DNA from: the human T2T-CHM13v2.0 reference genome, Homo sapiens
Length of the DNA stretch: 64,000 nt
NCBI RefSeq assembly: GCF_009914755.1
Contig: NC_060932.1
Strand: one strand, 5' to 3'
Shown here in pieces: positions 27,651 through 41,899 of the stretch. Made by a program: the position numbers and the translations under genes. Under the pieces are notes generated by a model that searched no databases, was not told the DNA's origin, and saw only the letters and a program-made list of their open reading frames with translations. Position 1 is the stretch's first letter. Each line of letters begins with the position of its first letter.

Positions 27651-29009
27651 GTAAATAATAATTGCCCCATTTGGGGGTGGTATATAACAAAAGCCTAGAG
27701 ACGTTATTTAGGATAGAATTTAAAATGGTGAGGCATGAGGAATAAAGAGAACAAAAGCAATGCAAAAGAAATTTCATACATCCCCAATATATTTATGAGT
27801 TGCTGTAGTAATGTTAACACGATTTTACATTGATGGTTATTCTTCCTACTTCCTTTTAAGCAGTTTATGAACATAATCAAATGTTTTTGATTTACAAACC
27901 GAATCAAATGTCCATTGCCTTAAATAACTAGAAAAAAGAGAATCAATACACTTGAATTTCTATCATTTCAGATAGATATGAAAAACTATGCACTTTAATG
28001 CCTTTCATATATAAAATAATATGACCCAATTTATTTGTATTCTACTCAGTAAATTCAATTATACATAATAAAGGGAATGTAAATAGCTTTTCAAATGGTT
28101 TATTTTAGATCTGAGTTATAATTGAATAAATAAAAATTGTATTTTTCTTGTCTACCTTATGATTTTCTATCTTGAAATCGTTTCTTATACACATCCTTTC
28201 AATTCAAGTTAATTACTTATTTTATTATAGTGAACATTTGATTCAGTTTCTATTTCACTAAGACAATTTCAATAAAAGTAAAAAACATAGATTGTCTTGC
28301 CAAGCATGAATCCAGCCTATTATACAGAACATTTCTATGAAGCCAATATTCAAAAGGAAGTAAAAATTGCGTAGTTTGTTCATGATACTGTATGTGTTTT
28401 CATTACAGTGCAAGCGAATTTCTCTCTCAAGTATTTGGAGGTTAATGGTCCTGAAAGTACGTATGAGAAGAAACATTCTGACAATTTCAGAAGCCAGGAG
28501 ACTATTTAGAACAAGATAAATAAAGTACTAAAAATCATTGCTGCTGTTCAATATTTGTGGCTTTCAATATACAATCAATTTTATTATCAAAATTATAATA
28601 TGTCCAACTGGCCATTGCTTCCTTCATTTTATTGCCTATAAGAATTTTACACATCTTCTTCCTAAATTAGAAAATAATAATAATTAATAAAAGTTGTTCG
28701 TTATTAAGGCAAGAGTCCTTTTCCAGCCATATTTTAACTGGTAAATATGTAATGCTTATATATCATTCTTCTAAGTGCATAGATATTATTTAGCTTTAAT
28801 ATAAATCATGTTTCATTCACATTCAAGAGACTTATTTAGATACACCAGCTTTCCCCTTAAATACAGCATAGCTTTAGAATTAATAGTCTAGATATTTTTC
28901 AGGTAAGAAATACCTATTTAGACAAAAACAAGGTAAAGTTCAAGATTATATAGAAAGAATATGAAGTCCAATTGCATCCCTTATTTACTGAATATTTTAG
29001 CTTCTTTAA

Positions 29010-30115
29010 CTGGGAGTAGTCACATAAAATACTTTGTGTAGATATATATTTTTGTAATTTATTTTGTGGAAATAAAGTAAAAGTAAAATTGCTGAGTCAA
29101 ATAACAAGCAGGTGTGTTATTTCCTGAAAAACTAGTAAATGGTTTTCAAATTGGTTGTATCATGTTACATTTGCACGATCAATATGTAAACATTCTAGTT
29201 GCTTCACATCTTTAGCATTTAATATTGTCCTTTTTTATAGTTAATACAGTTATTGGATCTATAGTGGCATTTCTTTGTTATTTTCATTTGCGTTATTTAC
29301 TGACATATGAGACTGAGCATCTTTCGTTTGGATATTGGCCTTTGAACCATCTTTTTTTAGAGACATGTGTGCCCAAATTATTGTCCATTTTTATTAATTG
29401 CCTGGTGTTTATTGTGTTCTGAGAGTTCTTTTTAAACTCTGGATGTAAGACTTCAATCATGCACTATGTTTTAAAATATTTTTTCCAGTCTGTTGATTAC
29501 TTTTTTCATTTATTTAAGAAGGTACATTAAAGAGGTAAAGAGCAAAAGTTTGAATTTGACAAAAATTAATATATCAATGTTTAATTTGGGAGAGTTGTAT
29601 TTTTTATATCCTACTACTTACAGAAGAAATCTTTCCTAAGCCAAGGTCATACGTATTTATCCTATGTTTAATTCTAGAAATTTTACAGTTTTTCTTACAT
29701 TTTTTTTTGTCTTTTACAGACAGGCTTTCACTCTGTTGTCCACTCAGGAGTGCAGTAGCATAATCGTTGATCACTGCAGTCTCCAAATCCTGGACTCAGC
29801 TCAAGTGATCCTTTCACCTCAGTCCCCTGAGTAACTAGGACTGCATGCATGTGCGACTGCACCCAGCTAATTTTTTGTACAGTCCCACTATGTTGCCCAG
29901 GCTTGTCTCAAATTACTGGCCTCAAATAATCCTTCCATCTTGGCCCTCCAAAGTACTTGTATTACAAGCATCAGCTTCTAGTTTTAAGCTTTGCATTTAA
30001 GTCCGTGATTCATTTTGAGTTAATTTTTACAGATGTTTTGACCTATGGATCAAAGTTCATCGACTGCAGAAGGATATCCTTTTCTCCCAGCTTAATCTGT
30101 GGAAAAGATTCCATT
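29010..30115 (-). mobile_element. Old L1M fragment interrupted by Alu
   Basis: attgctgagtcaaa, ttttcaaattggttgtatca, cattttgagttaatttttac. Confidence 0.65.
29700..29975 (-). mobile_element. AluJ-like element
   Basis: tcactgcagtctccaaatcctggactc, cactatgttgcccaggct, ccaaagtacttgtattacaagca. Confidence 0.85.
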
Positions 30116-30583
30116 CATAGACACAGATAAACGTAAAGAAAAACAACCCAACAACCCAAACCTTACTTCCAAATAGCGAAAGGATTTTCTTGAACCCTCT
30201 GGGTAACTGAGGTCACAAGGCAACCAACTGGACACAGATCTAAGGGGAGAGAGCTCCTAGAAGGAGAGAGGAGATACAAGCACAGGCTTACTTGGGAAAG
30301 ATGCAGGGAGAGACCAGAAAGAAGAGTCCTGCAGATTTGTGAAGGCCAAAACTTGAAGATGATAAACACAGCAAGTTCTCACTCTCACTCTCACTCTCTT
30401 GCAGGCATTTTCTCGATTATCACCACTGGTTCTTCAAGAAAAGTTGGGAAAAGTACTTCTACTCATGGAGCAGATCCAGTGAAAGGAAATAGCAGCAGCT
30501 GCAGTAGAAGCAGAATATTACACCTAATTCCTTCCATTAAGTAGGAGAGAAAACTAGTTGCAGCTAGCGGAAGGGGAAAAAAG

Positions 30584-30586
<3 letters not shown>

Positions 30587-30624
<38 letters not shown>
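30587..30624 (+). repeat. (CA)19 microsatellite
   Basis: Direct reading. Confidence 0.95.
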
Positions 30625-30628
<4 letters not shown>

Positions 30629-31105
30629 GCTGTCCTTCTAAGAGAGATCAGGAAAATAGCCTGATCTCAGAAACATGCCAGGGAAGGGGTAGGAGCAATG
30701 TGAAGGCCACATTCAGGAGTTTTAGGGACACAGTGATGGCCTGTGACTGAGCCTACCTATTCTGATAGGTAATGCCACCATTCCCCAACGCCAGTTCCTG
30801 CCATAGATACAAGGCTGGAAATTATCAAATAATATACAACTCGGCACAGGCAGACCCTTTCTGAAGTGAAGACTAAACAGAACACTTAAAATGAAGGATG
30901 GAAAAGAACTCACTGGTGAACCATCTCTGCCGTTAACATAAATTATTGCTAGAGGTAACCGAAGCCTATGTTTCACTGATAGTAATAGAGCAACAACAAG
31001 TGTTACATCCAGCCCACCATCTAATTAGGTTAACTCAAAGCCCCACAACAAAGACTTAGCAAAAGGAAAGATGTGGCCAATCAAGGCATTAAGAGTATTT
31101 ACACA

Positions 31106-31421
<316 letters not shown>

Positions 31422-31577
31422 CTAACAGCCTACATAAGATGTTTGGTTTTCAACAACGACAACAAAATGATGAGGCATACATACATGTAAAAAAAAATAA
31501 GCAACAGAACCCTAAGAAACAAAGCAATCATCAGAACAGTATTCAGATAGGACATAAATAATGGAACAATGGAACAA

Positions 31578-31687
31578 TTCAAGGCTGCGGTGAGCTGAGA
31601 TCGTGCCTCTGCTCTCCAGCCTAGGCAACAGCACCAGAAAACCCTGTTTCAAAACAAAACAAAACAAACAAACAAACAAACAAAAAA
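31578..31687 (+). mobile_element. Alu 3' fragment with (CAAAA/CAAA)n tail
   Basis: aggctgcggtgagctgagatcgtgcc...ccagcctaggcaacag. Confidence 0.85.
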
Positions 31688-33374
31688 GTTTGACCAGAAT
31701 CTTAAAATAATTATAATTAAAATACTAAAGGAGTTAGTGAAAAATATAGACAACATTCAGTCGAGGTAAAACTTGAATGATTCAGCAAAGTAATTTAAGC
31801 AAGGAAATGAAAATCATTAAAAAAAAGCATCTAAAGAAAGTTCTAGGAAAGGAAAACACAGTATCGGTGTCCTGCAAAAATGACTTTAAATAAAGCATTT
31901 CACAAATAGCAACATTGATAGTTATTTATCCTCTTATTTACTCCACAAGAAATTGTAAGGCGAGGTATTAAGGCGAAAAGAATATACTAGTTAAAAAGTT
32001 GGATGTACCCAAATAAATGAAAAGCACAGGAAATAAAATATGTACAGGTAAATTAGGATTCATATCTTTTCTTATTTTTAATTAGACCAAAAAATATTTG
32101 ACTGTATGAAGCAAAAGTGGTAACACTATATTATGCTATTGTAGCATTCGTAAAAGTATTCTATGGCACTAATAGCACAAAGAATGGGAATTAAAAATAC
32201 AGTGTTGTAACTGTAAATACATTACACATGAAATGGTATACTATTATTTGAAGGTGGAATTGAATTATTTATGGATGTATATTTTAAATCCTTAAGCCCT
32301 AAAATATTTTAGGAAAGGGTAATCTAAGTAATAAGTCCATAGTTAAGATAAAATTGAATCTTAAAAAAATGCTGAATTAACCTAAGACAATTTTTTAAAA
32401 GGAAAAATAAAGAAAAGGGAATAAAGAAAAAAAACAAACAAAAAACTACTAGAAAGAAGGAAGGTTTTCATCCAGTTATAACAATAATCACATTAATTCT
32501 AAGTAGTTTAAAAACACCAGAGTTTATCATATTGGGTCATTGATTTGAGACCTTTTCTAATATGTGTTTAGTTACATAAATTGCCCCGTGCCTACTGTTT
32601 TGTCAGCATCCAACAAATTTGATATACCTTGATTTCCATTTTATTTCAGTTCAACATACTCTGTTGATTTTTACCAACCCAAGCAAAAGTTAGATTATTT
32701 TTTATTTCTAAATATTTCAGGATTTTATAAACTTTCTAAATCTTTCTATGCATTTCTAATTTGATTCCCTTGTGCACAGAAAACATAGTTTGCATTGTTT
32801 TTATCCTTTTGAATGTGTTGAAACATTTTGTTTTCCAAAACACAGTCAATCTAGGTGAATGTTTAGGGTGCACTTTAAAACAATGTATATCTGGTTGTTG
32901 TTTGTTTCTAAAATGTCTTATCAGGTAAAATTTGTCTATAAAGTTGTTCAAGTTTTCTATACATAAGCTTGTTTAGGTAATGTGTCATCTTTGTGTGTGT
33001 GTGTGTTTCTGTGTGTGTGTGTGTGTGTCTGTGAAGTTAACACTTTGGTTATATCTGAGGAGGAAAATAAGAATGGTGATAAAGATGAACATGGGAGGTT
33101 GCTTGGTTTTGTATCTATTTTGTGACATGAGTGAGTGGGTGTAGAGGTGTTCCTTTTGTAGCAATGCACTGAGTTCCTCATGTATTTTAATATGATTTTC
33201 TGCATACATTTAATATGCAACTCAAAGCATTTCAAAATAATAAAAGACATTTTACACATATACAGATATATTTTACAAATAAACAGCTATGTAAGAATGT
33301 TCCTTTTTATTTCTTACATGGAAACATACCTGCATCATGTACCTCACATTTTTCATTTTTATATAAAACAATAT

Positions 33375-34696
33375 TGTATTAGTCCATTTTCATACTGCTA
33401 TGAGGAAATACCCAAGACTGGGTAATTTATAAAGAAAAAGAGGTTAATGGACTCATGGTTCCATATGGCTGAGGAGGCCTCAGAATCATGGTGGAAGGCA
33501 AAGGAGGAGCAAAGGCATGTCTTACATGGCAGCAGGCAAGAGGATGTGTGCAGGGGAACTGCCCTTTATAAAACCATCAGATCTCATGAGATGCAGTCAC
33601 TATCATGAAAACAGCATGGGAAAAACCTGCCCTATGATTCAATTACCTCCTATCGGGTCTCTACCACAACACATGGGGATTATGGGAGCTACAATTCAAG
33701 ATGAGATTTGGGTGGGGACACAGCCAAACTATATCATTCCACCCCTGGCCCCTCCCAAATCTCATGACCTCATATTTCAAAACCAATTATGCCTTCCCAA
33801 CAGTCCTCCAAAGTCGTGACTCATTTCAGCATTAACTCAAAGTCCACAGTCCAAAGTCTCATCCAAGACAAGGCAAGTTCCTTCCGCCTATAAGCCTGTA
33901 AGTTCAAAAGAAAGTTAGTTACTTCCTAGATACAGTGGAGGTACAGGCACTGGGTAAATACTCCTGTTCCAAATGGGAGAAATTAAACAAAACTAAGGGG
34001 CTACAAGCTCCATGCAAGTCTAAAATCCAATAAGGCGGTCATTAAAGCTTAAAGTTCCAAAATGATCTTTGACTCCATAGCTCACATCCAAGTCACACTG
34101 ATGCAAGAGGTGGGTTCCCACGGCCTTGGCAGCTCTGGCTCTGTGGCTTTGCAGGGTACTGGCTCCCTCCTGTTGCTTTAATGGGCTTTCATTTTGTGTC
34201 TGTGGCTTTTCCAGGCAAATGGTGCAAGCTCTCAGTGGATCTACCATTCTGAGGTCTGGAGAAGAGTGGCCCTTTTCTCACAGCTCCACTAGGCAGTGCC
34301 CCAGTGGGGACTCTGTGTGGGGGCTCCAACCCCACATTTCCCTTCTGCACTGCCCTAGCAGATATTTTCCATGAGTGCCCTGCCCCTGAAGCAAACTTCT
34401 GCCTGGACATTCAGGCATTTCTATACATCCTGTGAAATCTAGATGGAGGTTCCATAACCTAAATTCTTTACTTCTGTTCACCCACAGGCCCAACACCACA
34501 TGGAAGCCTCTAAGGCCTGGGGCTTGCACCCTCTGAAGCAACAACCTGAACTAAACCTTGGCCCCCTTTAGCCACAGCTGGGAAGCAGGGCACCAAGTCC
34601 TGAGACTGAACAAAGCAACAAAGCCTTGGGCCCAGCCCACCAAGCCATTTTTTTACTCTAGACTTTCAGGTCTGTGATGGGGGGTACTGCAGTGAA
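33375..34696 (-). mobile_element. THE1C-like LTR (33375-33736) plus truncated internal region
   Basis: tgtattagtccattttcatactgct...cagccaaactatatca followed by ttccacccctggcccctcccaaatctcatg (THE1-int). Confidence 0.9.
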
Positions 34697-34697
34697 T

Positions 34698-34798
34698 CAA
34701 TTTTTGTCTTTTTAGTAGACACAGGGTGTCGCCATGTTGGCGAGGCTGGTCTCAAACTCCTGACTTAAGGTGCTCCATTTGCCTTGGCCTCCCGAAGT
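34698..34798 (-). mobile_element. Alu left-arm fragment
   Basis: ttttagtagacacagggtgtcgccatgttggcgaggctggtctcaaactcctgac...ggcctcccgaagt. Confidence 0.85.
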
Positions 34799-34799
34799 A

Positions 34800-35538
34800 T
34801 AAATTTTTAGTTTTTTGAGGAACTGCCAAGTTGTTTTACATAATGGTTGTACTTATTTATATTTCCACCAACATTGTACAAGTGTTTCTTTTTCTCCATA
34901 TCCTTGTCAGCATTTGTTATTGCCTGTCTTTTGGATATAATCCATTTTAACTGGATTAAGATGATATCTCATTGTAGTTTTGATTTACATTTCTCTGATG
35001 ATCAATGATGTTGAGGACCTTTTCATATGCTTGTTTGCCCTTTGTATGACTTCTTTTGAGAAATGTCTATTGAAATAATTTGCCTATTTTGGATCAAATT
35101 ATTACGTTTTTTTTCTATAAAGTTGTCTGAGCTCCTTATATAGTCTTGTTATTAATCCCTTGTCAGATGGGTAGTTTGCAAATATTTTGTCCTAGTCCGT
35201 GAGTTTTTTCTTCACATTGTTGACTGTATCTTTTAATGTGCAGTAGCTTTTTAACTTGATGTGATCCCATTTGTCCATTTCAGATTTGGTTGCCTATGCT
35301 ATTGGGGTCAAGAAATTTTTTCTAGATCAATGTCCTAGACATTTTCTCAATGTCTTCTTATAGTAGTTTCATAGCTTGAGATTTTAGATTTAAGTCTTTA
35401 ATTCATTTTGTTTTGATTTTCGTACATGAGGAGAGATGGGGATCTAGTTTCATTCTTCCACATATGGATATCCACTTTTCCCAGCATCATTTATTAAAGA
35501 GACTGTCTTTTCTTCAGTGTATGTTCTTGATACCTTTA
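34800..35538 (-). mobile_element. L1 (L1MA/PB-like) ORF2 3' fragment
   Basis: ttttttgaggaactgcca, cttcttttgagaaatgtctatt, cccagcatcatttattaaagagac. Confidence 0.85.
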
Positions 35539-35577
35539 CAATGATTTCCTATTCATTCATCAATGTGTAAAAAAATA

Positions 35578-36001
35578 CAACTGACCCTTGAACAATGCAG
35601 ACATTGGGGCACTGACTCCCACCCATATAGTCCAAAATCCAAGTATAAGTTTTAGCTATCAAAAAATGTAACAACTGTACTAATAGACTACTCTTGACCT
35701 GAAGCCTTACCAATGACATAGTCAATTAACACATATTTTGGATATTTATTATATACTGTAGACTTACAGTAAAGTAAGCTACAGAAAGTAAACTTGATTA
35801 AGAAAATCACAAGGAAAATATATTTACACTTAATTAAATGTACGTGGATCATCATAAATGTCTTCATCGTCATCATCTTCGTGTTGAGTAGACTGCAGAG
35901 AGGGATTGGACTTACTGTCTCAAGGGTGACAGAGGCAATAGAAAATCTGCATATAAGTGGACCCACACAGTTGAAACCCATGTTGTTTCCAGGGCCAACT
36001 G
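35578..36001 (+). mobile_element. Tigger2a-like MITE (Tc1/mariner-pogo group)
   Basis: Terminal inverted repeats caactgacccttgaacaa / ttgtttccagggccaactg; TA TSDs at 35576-77 and 36002-03; 424 bp. Strand is nominal. Confidence 0.85.
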
Positions 36002-36095
36002 TATAACTGTATACAGCATATTCATGTGGAACAAAATACCAATCTGTGACCAACACAAATAAATTCTTAATTCACATGCTTACTTGAAGTTTTTT

Positions 36096-36388
36096 GTTTG
36101 TTTGTTAAGATGGAGTCTCGCTCTGTCACCCATGCTGGAGTGCAGTGGCACGATCTCTGCTCACTGCAACCTCTGCCTCCCAGGTTCCAGTTATTCTCCT
36201 GCCTCAGTCTCCTGAGTAGCTGAGATTACAAGCACGTGCCACCACAGCCAGCTAAGTTTTGTATTTTTAGGAGAGACGGGGTTTTGCCATGTTGGCCAGG
36301 CTGGTCTTGCACTCCTGACCTCAAGCAATCCACTCACCTCAGCCTCCCAAAGTGCTGGGATTACAGGTGTGAGCCACCACGCCTGGCC
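36096..36388 (-). mobile_element. AluS, full length
   Basis: TSD tgaagtttttt at 36085-36095 and 36389-36399. Confidence 0.95.
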
Positions 36389-37274
36389 TGAAGTTTTTTT
36401 GTTATTGTATGTACTTGGATAAGTAACAAAACTAAATTGCTCGATTTTTAATAAAGCTAAACATAAACGTATTTTTAATATGCTTAACATACAAAATCCT
36501 TGCTGTTGTAAAGGCTAGGGACAATAGTAATAAAAAAATTAACAACAAACAGCAGCAACATCCATTATTTCACGGAGTGTAAGTCATGACTAATTAATGT
36601 TTATATAGAAATTGATATGATTTAAGATGCTATTTAGTTTCCCAGAAGCATTGGCAGAATAACATGCTAAGGAAAAGATTCATAATTAATAAAAATACTA
36701 TATGAACAGAGAGTAAGATACAAGTTTGTTTTTTTAATGAGGTCTAAATGAAAGGGGAAATAATATCCTTCTTGCTTTCACATACAAAAACATTTTGGAT
36801 CCTATTTGTTGGGGTTATATATTTTGTAATATTAAATGCTGGATTGAATGCAATTAAATTTTACCATGAAAAAGTTAAATATTGCTTATTATATACAATT
36901 AAACTATTGCTCAAATATGTTCAGAAGTAAAGCTATAAAATCATAAAGGAGCAGGGATTAGATCAGCATATGCTTTAATCATTATTGAGCCCTACTTGTT
37001 GGCAGAATTGTTCAATAATAGCAATATCTAGAATTTTGTGTAAATTAGTGTGTTTACTATACTGTAGTTCAGTGTCAAATATGACAGGAGTTAAAAGTTA
37101 AAAATAGATTTAATAAGAATAGTGAAATTTTATGTACATAGGATTATATTTATTGGAAAAAAATCCCCATTTTACCTATACTTGCTACTACCTAATTAGA
37201 CTGCTCTACATTTCTATCACACTTCAACAGTAAATAAATAGAATAGCATACGTTATAAGTTCAAATCAGTATTG

Positions 37275-40200
37275 TCATCGCCACATGGCACATACTCAAA
37301 AGTTGACAACACAATCAGAAATAAAACTAACCTCAGCAAATGCAAAACAACCAAAATCATACCAAGCACATTCTCAGACCACAGTACACACAAAAAAAGT
37401 CAATGCTAAAAAATCACTGTAAACCGTGCAATTACATGGAAATTAAACAACCTCTTCCTGAATGACTTTTGGGTAAGTAATAAAATTAAAGCAGAAATCA
37501 AGAAGTTCTTTGAAACTAATGAGAACAAAGATACAAAATGCCAGAATATCTGGAACACACCTAATGCAGTGTTAAGAGGGAAATCTATGGCACTGAATGG
37601 CCACATTAAAAAGTTAGAAATATCTCATATTAACAACCTAATATTATAACTGAAAGAATTAAAGAAGCAAAATAAAATCAATGGCTAGCAGAAGAAAATC
37701 CATAACCAAAATCAGAGCTGAACTGAAGGAGATTAAGACACAAAAAAAGCCATTCAAAAAATCAACAAATCCAGGAATATTTTTTGAAAAAAAAAATAAT
37801 AATAAGATACGTTGCTAGATAGATCACTAAAGAGAAAAAGACAGAATATGCAAATAAACAACAAAGAGGATGTTACCACAGGCCTCACAGAAATAAAAAT
37901 AACCATCAGAAATTATCATGAACACCTCTATGCACACAAACTAGAAAGCCTAGAAGACTGGATAAATTCGTAGACATATAAACCTTCCCAACACTGAAAC
38001 AGGAAGAAATTGATTCCCTGAACAGACCCATAACACTCAAAAATTGAATCCGTAATAAATAGTCTGCCAACGAAAATAGCCCAGGACCAGACAGATTCAC
38101 AGTCAAATTCTACCAGACGTACAAAGTGAGCTAGTACCATTTCTACTAAAACTATTCCCCCAAAATGAGGAGAAAGGACTTCTCCCTAACTCATTCTATG
38201 AGGCTAGTATCATCCTGATACCAAAACCTGGCAGAAACACAACAAAAATAAAATTTCAGGCCAATTTCCTTTATAAACATTGATGCAAAAACTCTCAACA
38301 AAATACTGGCAAACCAAATCCAGCAGCACAACAAAAAGCTAATCCACCACAATCAAGCGGGCTTCATCCCTTCGATGCAAGGTTGGTTCAACATATGCAA
38401 AGCAATAAATGTGATTTATTACATAAACAGAACTAAAGACAAAAACCCATGATTATCTCAGTAGATTTAAAAAAAGCTTTTGATAAAATTCAATATCCCT
38501 TCATGTTAAAAACTCTCAATAAACTAGGTATTGAAGAAACACACCTCAAAATAATGAGTCATCTGTGACAAAACCACAGCCAACATTATACTGAATGGGC
38601 AAAAGCTGGAAGCATTCCCCTTGAAAACAGACACAAGTCAAGGATGTCCTCTCTCACCACTCTTTTTCAACATAGTATTGGAAGTCCTGGCCAGAGCAAT
38701 CAGGCAAAAGAAAGAAAGGCATCCAAATAGGAAGAGAGGAAGTTAAACTATTCATTTGCAGATGACAAAATTCTATATCTAGAAAATCCCATAATTTTGG
38801 CCCAAAAGCTCCTTCAGCATCTGATAAACAGCTTCAGCAAAGTTTCAGAATGCAGTATCAATGGACAAAAATAATTAGCATTCCTATACACCTACAACAG
38901 CCAAACCGAGAGTCAAATCAGGAATGCAATCTTATTCAAAATTGCCACACACAAAAATAAAATATCTAGGAAGACAGCTAACCAGGGAGGTGAAAGGCCT
39001 CTATAATGAGAATTACAAAGCACTACTCAAAGAAATCAGAAATGATACCAACAAATGGAAAGACATTCCTTGCATATGAATGGGAAGAATCAACATTTTT
39101 AAAATGGCTATCCTACTCAAAACAATTTACAGTTTCAATCCTATTTCTATCAAAATACCAATGACATTCTTCACAGAACTAGAAAAAAATATTTTAAAAT
39201 TCACAGGAAACCAAAAAAGAGCCCAAATAGCCAAGGAAATCATCAGCTAAAAGAACAAAGCTAGAGACATCATATTACCTGACTTCAAATGATACTACAG
39301 GGCTACAGTAATCAAAACAGCATGGTACTGGTACAAAAACAGACAACACATAGACCAATGGAACAGAGTAGTGAGCCTGGAAATATGGCCCCACAACTAC
39401 AGCCATCTGATCTTTAACAAAAGGGACAAAAACAAGAAATAGAGAAAGGACTCCCTATTCAATAAATGGTGCTGGAATAGCTGGCTAGCCACATGCAGAA
39501 GATTGAAACCGGATCTTTTTCTTATACCATGTACAAAAACTAACTCAAGATGGATTAAAGACTTAAACAAAAAACCCCAAACTATAAAAATTCTGGAAGA
39601 CTACTATCCCAGACATAGGAATGAGCAAAGATTTAATGACCAAGATGCCAAAGCAGTTGCAACAAAAACAAACAACGACAAATCGTATCTAATTAAACAT
39701 TATAGCTTCTGCATAGTAAAAGAAACTACCAACAGCATAAACAGACAACCTACAGAATAGGAGAAAATATTTGCAAACTTTGCATCTGACAAAGTCTAAT
39801 ATCCAGTATCTCAAGGAGTTTAAACAAGTTTACAAGAAAAGAAAGAAAAGAATCCCATTTAAAAATGGTCAAAGGACATGAACAGACACTTTTCAAAAAA
39901 AGATATACATGTGGCCTACAAATATATGAAAAAAAGCTCAATATTGGAGAAATGCAAATCAAAACCACAATGAAATATCATCTTATACCAGTCAGAATGG
40001 CGATTAGCAAAAGGTCAAAAAATAACAGATGCTGGCTAGGTTGCAGAGAAAAGGGAAAACTTATACATTGTTGGGAGTGTAAATTAGTTCAACCATTGTA
40101 GGAAGCAGTGTGGTGGTTTCTTAAAGTGCTAAAAAACAGAATTACCATTTGACCCAGCAGTCCTATTACTAGGTATATACCCAAAGGAATATAAGTCATT

Positions 40201-40698
40201 CTACCATACATATACATGCACATGAATGTTCATTGCAGTAATATTCACAATACCAAGGACATGGAACCAACCTGAATGTTCATCAATGACAAATTGGATA
40301 AAGAAAATGTGGCACATGTACACCATGGAATACTATGTAAACATAAAACAAGAACAAGATCATGTCTTCTGAGGAAATATGTATGGAGTTAGAGGCCATT
40401 ATCCTTATCAAACTAAGGAAGGAACAGAAAATCAAATACCTCATGTTCTCACTTATAAGTGAGAGCTTAATTATGAGAACATATAGACAGAAAGAAAGGA
40501 ACAACAGACCCTGGGGCCTACTTGAGAGTGAAGAGTGGGAGGAGGGAGAGGATCAGAAAAAATAGCTATTGGATACTAGACTCAGTAGCTGGGTGACAAA
40601 ATAATCCGTATAACAAAACCCTGTGACATGAGTTTACCTATATAAAAAACCTGCACACATACCCCAGATCCTAAAATAAAAGTTTAGAAAAATAAAAA
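37275..40698 (+). mobile_element. 5'-truncated L1PA (about PA10-13), most of ORF2 plus 3'UTR, non-coding
   Basis: RT motifs (aaggatgtcctctctcaccact, tttgcagatgac), C-terminal [11 protein letters not shown] in ORF 39865-40101, 3' end ctaaaataaaagttta; many stops and frameshifts. Confidence 0.92.
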
Positions 40699-40703
40699 CT
40701 AAT

Positions 40704-41002
40704 AGTCTGGGTGAAGTGGCTCACGCACGCAATACCAGTATCCTGGGAGGCTGAGGCGGGTGGATCACTTGAGCCCAGGAGTTTGGGACCAGCCTGTGCA
40801 ACATAGCGAAACCCCTTATTTACAAAAAACACAAAAGTTAGCTGGGCATGGTGGTGCTCAGCTGTAGCCACACCTACTCAGGAGGCTGGGGTGGGAGCAT
40901 CACCTGAGCTCGGGGAGGTCAAGGCTGCAGTGAACCTTGATCAAGCCACTGCACTCCAGCGTGGGCAACAGAGTGAGACCCTGTCTTAAAAAGAAAAAAA
41001 AA
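40704..41002 (+). mobile_element. AluJ-like, full length
   Basis: ggatcacttgagcccaggagtttg, ggtcaaggctgcagtga, polyA. Confidence 0.92.
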
Positions 41003-41899
41003 GGGACCACAGGGACAAGGAAAAATAAAAATTTGTATATGCACCCTAACTTACATATACTTAATTATTATAACATTAAAATGAAAACATGTCACTAGTG
41101 TGCTTTTTATTTTACAGGTGCAATTACACTTTCACTAATGAACAAGATACTGATTGTGGCAACAAAGCCTATATTACAATAAACAATGCTTATTTTATGT
41201 TTCATGCTTGTTTCTTTTCATGTTGCATTGGATTTGTTTAGATCACCACCAAATACCACACCACAGGAACTCTAATCCCAATCTTTCTAGTTCCAACTTT
41301 AGTGCCACGTTTTCCAGCATCATCAAACATCATCAGGAGGCCTATGGTTCTCTCCTGTGTTTCCAAAGGATTTAATTGGGCTTGTTACTTGGACATGCCT
41401 CTGCTATGTTACCTGCTGCCCTGTATTCTGATGTATCTGTGTCTGCTCTCGTTCCTGTTAATCACGGACTTCCTTGAAAGTAGGATCATGCCTGCGTCAT
41501 GTTCACATCTCTTACTATATCTAACATGGTGCACAGCTCTTTGTGGATATTCTTATTGGATGCCTAAAAGACTAACTAAATTACATGGATTGAAATCAGG
41601 TAAGGAGAATTTGCATCAACCATTTTATATATTACTTATTATCAGGATTCTTTCCAACAAACAAAAAAGGTTCATTTGCTGGTGCTGATTTATTGTGTAG
41701 TTTCACAATCTTTGGCAGCTACATATAATTTGTTTATTTTTTTAGCTGCTGTCCTTAAAAAATGTGTCATGGTTATATGGCAAATAAGTTTGCTTTTTCC
41801 TCTGGTATCTTTTCAGCTTTATTGGAGTATAATTTTTCAACAATAAACTACACATTTAAAAGTGCAGTTGTTCAAACTTACTGTTCGTATTCAGACTTG

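Noticed and set aside
40686-41031. gaaaaataaaaa on both sides of the AluJ as a TSD or L1 3' transduction
   Set aside because: Low-complexity A-rich match not flush with the element ends, and no matching copy at the L1 5' junction.
41090-41190. Splice acceptor-like ttttattttacag followed by AATAAA (also acceptor-like sites at ~14955 and ~59128)
   Set aside because: Such motifs are frequent in AT-rich DNA; no coherent exon chain or reading frame supports them.
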